The position numbers and the translations under genes were made by a program. Positions 48,501 to 54,192 of a DNA stretch of 54,192 nt are shown here, piece by piece (the stretch's first letter is position 1; each line of letters starts with the position of its first letter). The stretch lies in the NCBI GenBank assembly GCA_018398765.1, contig JAHBMJ010000170.1:1-54192 (forward strand), in the 5' to 3' direction. Source of the stretch: Chromera velia (taxonomy: Eukaryota). Below the pieces are notes generated by a model. It was not told the DNA's origin. It was given only the letters and a program-made list of their open reading frames with translations, and did not search any database.

Positions 48501-50806
48501 GCAGTCCGGAAGGCTGACAGACGATACAGTTTCTTTCTTTTTCGTCTCTCTCATTCACGAAAATCCACGTCCTTTTCCGGGTCTCGCAACAGCGCTGTTT
48601 CGACCATACGGCCAGACGTTGAGAGCCAGTCAGACTGCAAAGAAGACCAACGGGACCTTCGAGAAACAAAAGATTGTTGCCACTTGCTGAACGCACATTC
48701 TCTAAAGACAGCAGGACCTTCCACACATGCATTTCAAACCACAGACCGATGTGCGCGTGCTGGTTCGCTTGCCGCTTGCTTGCTCGTCCGACTGCCTGGC
48801 TGCCAGCCTGATCGATCGATCGATCAGCTGACCACATCGGCGTACGCATTTACTTTCATACAGAGCATGCATGCATCGATCAGCTGACCACCTCGGCGTA
48901 CGCATTTACTTTCATACAGAGCATGCATGCATCGATCAGCTGACCACATCGGCGTACGCATTTACTTTCATACAGAGCATGCATGCATCGATCAGCTGAC
49001 CACATCGGCATACGACTTCTCGTTGAACAGTGTCCTCAGGTCTTCGCTCAGGCTGGAGGGAGGGATGCTGACTGTCTCTGCAGAAAGATAGACACATCGA
49101 TAGATAGATCGACAGATCGATAGATAGATCGATAGGTAGATCGACAGAATGTAGAGGGCAGAGTGTGAGCGGACTGTCTTTCGAGAAGGGTCACCTCACC
49201 GTGATGGTGTGTGTGATTCTAAGAGAGAAGGAAGAGAGGATCGAGAGAAAAGCAGGACCGTGAGAGAGAGAGAAAGCACATGACCTCCATGTGCAGACGA
49301 GAAGGTTTTGTCGGGTGTGCAGCCTGTGCACGAACAAGCGTCGAACTGTCTTTCGAACTTAGAACGCATTTCTTGTCTGTGTATACAGACAGTAGGGAGA
49401 CGAACGAAGCGACAAGCAGTCAGATAGAAAATAAATAAAGCAGTCAGACGAACAAACCGAATCTGAATTCATAGAAGTCGTTGAGGACATTCTGGCCGTT
49501 GTACCCTCCGAACACAAACAAAACGTGTTTGTGGACCTGTGCGACCAGAGAGGACCTGCCAGAGGGGGGGTTGTCGGCCTCCACAAGGAACCAGGTACTC
49601 AGGTCTGCATGCATGCATGCACACAATCATTCATTTAAAAAAAGGAAGAAAGGCCTCCACAAGGAACCAGGTACTCAGGTCTGCATGCATGCATGCACAC
49701 AATCATTCATTAAAAAAAAGAAAGGCCTCCACAAGGAACCAGGTACTCAGGTCTGCATGCGCACAAACAACCAAAGACTCATTTAGGATGTACGCACGAT
49801 TTCATGTTTATACATGGTGAACCTTGCCAGACGGGGGGGGGCTGTCGGCTGAGTCCACAAAAAAAGTCGTGTACCTTCCTTCCTCCCTCCCTCGCTCCCT
49901 CCCTCCCTTCCTCCCGACGCCGTCCTCCCCTTTTTTGGTGAAGACCGAATGCCACACAAAAAAAACCGAACGACGCGCTTGCGCCTGGACTTTCTGTCTT
50001 GTCACACGTACGCTTTTTGCCTACACGCAAAAACACTGCGGCCTTAGGAACGAACCGAATCTGAATTCGTAGAGATCCTTCAGCCTCTCCTGTCCGGAGT
50101 AGCCCCCGAAGATGAAAAGAGAGTCCCCGTACACCACAGAGGCGTGGAAGTAACGGGGGGAGGGCACAGAACCGTTGCAGCTTATCTTCGACCAGCCTTT
50201 GTTTCCTGCAGGAAACAACAAGCGAAGCGAGCGAATTAGGCGGGGTGGATCCATTCAGCCATACATGTATCAGGTTTCTTCTGACAGCTTGCATGTGTAT
50301 GCTCTCTGATGCGATCATCGTGCTCGCAACCTTCGATTATGATGCATTCCATGCAACGACAAGAAAGTGACGGATGCAGTGACCGAATCCAAAAGTCAAA
50401 ATCGAAGTCCTCGAATGCTCCAACAAAGGGCTGCCTGCCTGGCGTGAAGAAAGAGAGAGAGGGGGAGAGAGAGAGAGAGGGAGGGAGGGAGAGAGAGGGA
50501 GAGACAGAGAGAGAGGCAGAGGGTTGACCGGGTAGACGAAAAGAAAGGCCTTTTGTTGAAGCTCTTCACTTACAGAGCACAGGTGAAAGGGTCAACTCCA
50601 ATGCGACAGGAGCAGAGCAAAGCCCCCAGGAAGGACAGAAAAGAGACCGAAGAACTCCCCACAGAAAGAGGCACATCGAGTCCCTCCCAAAGGACCACAC
50701 AAACAAGCAAGTGAGCAAGCAAACAAAGCAACAAACAAACAAACCAACAAACAAGCCAGCAAGCAAACAAACCAACAAACAAGCAAGCAAACAAACAAAC
50801 AAACCA

Positions 50807-50837
<31 letters not shown>

Positions 50838-53800
50838 CACACACACACACACACACAAACAAACCAACCAACCAACCAACAAACCAACCAACAAACCAAC
50901 TGACGGAGGTCAAACCGATGGAAGTCCTGCATCCTGTGGACACCGTCGTATCCTCCGAACACGTACACACCTCCCTGCACACATACTCACACACACACAT
51001 TCATACATACAAACCAGAAGGAAAGCCAGAGAGACAGACAGAAAAGAAGCTTGCGGCTCCTCTACACATCTGTCCAAGCCCACTCTGGGGGGGAAGGAAA
51101 AGAATCAGGCGCCCTCTTTCTGCCAGGCTTCCTTCCTTCCTGTCTAGCAACACAGATGGATGATCGGCCACACTCCCTCCAGCTTTGGAGAGAGAGAGAG
51201 AGAGAGAGAGAGGAATGACAGACAGAGTCAGTGAGAGTCACGGCACTCGGCAGACTGCCCCCCCTCCCCACCCACCCACCCCCCAAGCATGTCTGGCTAC
51301 ATTGAGAGAGATGCCAGAAGATGACTTTTCAAAAGGAAATGCCCCCCCTTCTTTCATCCATTTCTGCTCTGCCCAAAATCTAGACCGACAGGCACACGTG
51401 GGTCGCCCTCGAGGGACACATACAAACAGGTACACAAATGCACACACACACACACACACACACACACGAACGCACCCACCCACCCACATACAGACAGACA
51501 ACATCGTCTTTTCTTTCCTTTTTCCCTTCCCCTTTTTCAGAAAGACAGACAGGCAGACAGACACGCGCGCGCACACACACATACACACAAACGCACACAC
51601 AGACCTGGTAGGTCGCCCAAGAGGGACAGCTTCTCCCTGTCGGAACGTTTCCCATCGGGGGCGTCTGGGCCCACGTCTTCGTGTCTGTATGTATGTATGT
51701 ATATACGTATGCAGGTTTGTTTGTTTGTTTGTTTGTTAATGTTCACCTCTCTTCGTGTCTGTATGTATGTATATTAATATATGCGTCTGTATGCATGTAA
51801 TAAATGCGTCTGGGCCCACGTCTTCGTGTCTGTATGTATGTATGTATATACGTATGCAGGTTTGTTTGTTTGTTTGTTTGTTAATGTTCACCTCTCTTCG
51901 TGTCTGTATGTATGTATATTAATATATGCGTCTGTATGCATGTAATAAATGCGTCTGGGCCCACGTCTTCGTGTCTGTATGTATGTATGTATATACGTAT
52001 GCAGGTTTGTTTGTTTGTTTGTTTGTTAATGTTCACCTCTCTTCGTGTCTATATGTATGCAGGTTTGTTTGTGAATGTTCACCTCACATTAATGTAATAA
52101 ATACGTACACAAGGACAGGCGCAGCAATTTTATCGCAGCCATATACATTTATGCAGATAGCTTCATTCAGATGCATCTGCAGAGACTTTTCATCTTTCCA
52201 TACGAATCCATTCTTGCCCGGACGAGAGAAAAACAAAGTAAAGATCAGACGACAAGTACAGTAAGAAAGAGAGAAAGAAAGAAAAAAAGAGCGAAAGAAA
52301 GAAAGAAAGAACGAATCAATGAATGAAAGGAGAGAAAGAAAGCAGAACACAAACAACAACCCGATGAACGCACTACTGACCTACCAAGGTCGAGTTCGTT
52401 CTTCATGACAGCATGAGGAGAAAACAGCCAGACAACCAGCCTACATTCGGAGTTCTAGTCCGACCACAAAGAAGAAAAAGACCGAGCTAACTTAACTTAC
52501 CGATGTCGAATTCGTTCATGTCGTTCAACCAGGTGTTGCCGTCGTACCCCCCGAACACAAAGAAGATTCCCTCGTCGCTCATGGCACTCACGTACCTGAA
52601 GCATTCAATTCAATGGAATTCGATTCAATACAATACACATGCAGAGATCGAGAGCAATGATGAATCAACATCCAGCCACGTATCCATCCATCCATCCATC
52701 CATCCATCCACCAATCCATCCATCAACCTCTCCTTCAGAGGGACGCGAAGGAGGGAATGAAGATTTTCTTCTCTGACTTCGTCATTCTTCTTCTTCTCCT
52801 CTACAAACACATCCCATCCTGCTGTCAACTTGGATGGCAGAAGATCAAGACAAGGAATGCTGACACGCTCAAGCCGAAGGAGTGGGCGAACGCAGTGTCG
52901 CTGCGGGAGACGAAGAAGAAAAGAATAGACTAAGAAGCACAGTCGCTTTCAGCCAACCCAAAAGAAGAGAAGAGAACCAGCACACCACTGGAAGCACCAG
53001 CAGAGGCCTCTGACTCAAGGGCAAATCCCACAAAGAAAGCAAATACGTAGGTGATGGATTGTCAAGAAAACAAAAATAACAAAAAACGGAACGATGCGTG
53101 GACGTACCCGAACCGAGTGCTGGGGGGATTCCCTGAGCACTTGATCGTCTGCCATTCGTTCGTCTCTGCAGCCAGCCAGCCAGCGAGTCAGCCAGTAAGG
53201 CTGTCGTTTTTCTCACGCTCTGTTTGCTCCTTTGTTTGACGCTGTATGTGCTTGCTCTGTTGGTTGAATGCTGTTGGTGGGTCGGCCCGTGGGTAGAAAG
53301 ATTCGGCAACTGAAACCGGTCGGGTGAGTCTTCCTGCCTTCCTTCAGGCACAACGATCGAGCGGGATGGATGGATGAATTGATGTGCCAAATTTGGTCTT
53401 TCTTTCTTTCTTTCTTTCATTTTGCTGGAGATCGAGGAGAAGCCATCTCCTTCAAACATGCACTTCTTCTTTCTCAAAGAAATCTAACGACAAGCGGGGG
53501 GGAATCCCCGGTCCTTCCTTGCAAGGTAGAAAGGAAGAAAGAATCCACCATGCACAGAAAAAAATGCAAGCGTGGCCAAAAGAGAAGAAGAGAGCTAATT
53601 TGACGGCGGACCGAAGTCGAATTCCACAAAATCGTTCAGCCAATTGAACCCTGAGTACCCCCCAAACAGGTACATTTTGTCATTGTACACAACCGCCCCG
53701 TTGTTCTCTCTTCCTGCATGAGGTATGCAGACGGACGGACGCACATGGAGGGAGCGAGGGAGGGTCATTCATTTCATCTACATTTGTCTTCGTCTCTATG

Positions 53801-54012
53801 TTGAGAGGCAGGAATGAAGAGGCCAAGGCAGGTCGGGCACAATTTGAGGGAGGGAGTGCCGTAGAAGAAAAAAGAAGTGGAGAAACAAACATACTGAGAG
53901 ACAGACAGACAGACTCTCTCTCTCTCTCTCCGTGTGTCTGTCTACGTGGACGGATGGACCAACGCACCTGCTGGAGGATTCTTCGCGTCGACCTTCGACC
54001 ACCTTTTCGTTT
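45541..54012 (-). CDS. Kelch-repeat + BTB/POZ protein (LZTR1-like architecture), 5' end outside the window
   Basis: 14 phase-consistent exons: 54012-53968, 53713-53612, 53165-53108, 52595-52501, 51684-51605, 50974-50905, 50205-50056, 49604-49458, 49077-49001, 48259-48029, 47115-47020, 46679-46563, 46153-46076, 45600-45541. Five FGGY.G..LND/QD/KD Kelch blades. [46 protein letters not shown], followed by BACK-like helices. Confidence 0.92.
48819..49014 (-). repeat. 56-bp tandem array spanning a Kelch-BTB donor site
   Basis: Four copies of atcgatcagctgac|cacatcggc(g/a)tacg at a 56-bp period. Confidence 0.93.
49576..49760 (-). repeat. 72-76-bp tandem array spanning a Kelch-BTB acceptor site
   Basis: ggcctccacaaggaaccaggtactcaggt|ctgcatgc at 49576, 49652 and 49724. 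Confidence 0.93.
51661..52085 (-). repeat. 145-bp tandem array spanning a Kelch-BTB acceptor site
   Basis: gcgtctgggcccacgtcttcgtgt|ctgtatg at 51661, 51806 and 51951. Confidence 0.93.
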
Positions 54013-54155
54013 CTGTATGCAGACACAGACAGCACCAACTTCACAATGAAGAGACAGACGGATGCATAGAAGGGGCGGAGTTGAAGTCGACTGCTTTGCT
54101 GAGCAGACACACTCACACTCACACATACACACACCCACAGGGGGGGGGGGGGGGG

Positions 54156-54192
<37 letters not shown>

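Noticed and set aside
54140..54190. Terminal poly-G tract as a G-quadruplex element
   Set aside because: Lies at the window edge; G runs elsewhere in this assembly border gaps, so its length is unreliable.

Overview
Eukaryotic, intron-rich genomic DNA. The microsatellite-filled introns, GTCAGT donors, TGCAG acceptors, abundant TGCATGCA and bipartite-looking leaders suggest a chromerid alveolate such as Chromera velia (inference). I reconstructed five protein-coding loci by hand with phase-consistent GT-AG introns: (1) a signal-peptide-bearing CmcJ/NvfI/AsaB-like Fe(II)/2OG oxygenase split by an ATGA stop/start overlap; (2) a ~2,270-aa HMG-box protein with Tudor-like segments; (3) a 13-exon short-chain dehydrogenase with a probable plastid leader; (4) a 13-exon NIMA-related kinase; (5) the 3' part of a Kelch-BTB (LZTR1-like) gene. 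AT-rich intergenic blocks hold non-autonomous mobile elements: a TGT..ACA element with 323-bp TIRs that each contain a tRNA-derived module, a Harbinger-like MITE, and a complete TRIM-like LTR element with PBS, PPT and TSD. They also hold minisatellites and show strongly transition-biased decay. The most unusual signals are the recurrent tandem duplications that straddle real exon/intron junctions in three genes, the tRNA-containing TIRs, and the ATGA-split oxygenase. All alignments and counts were made by eye; no database searches were run.
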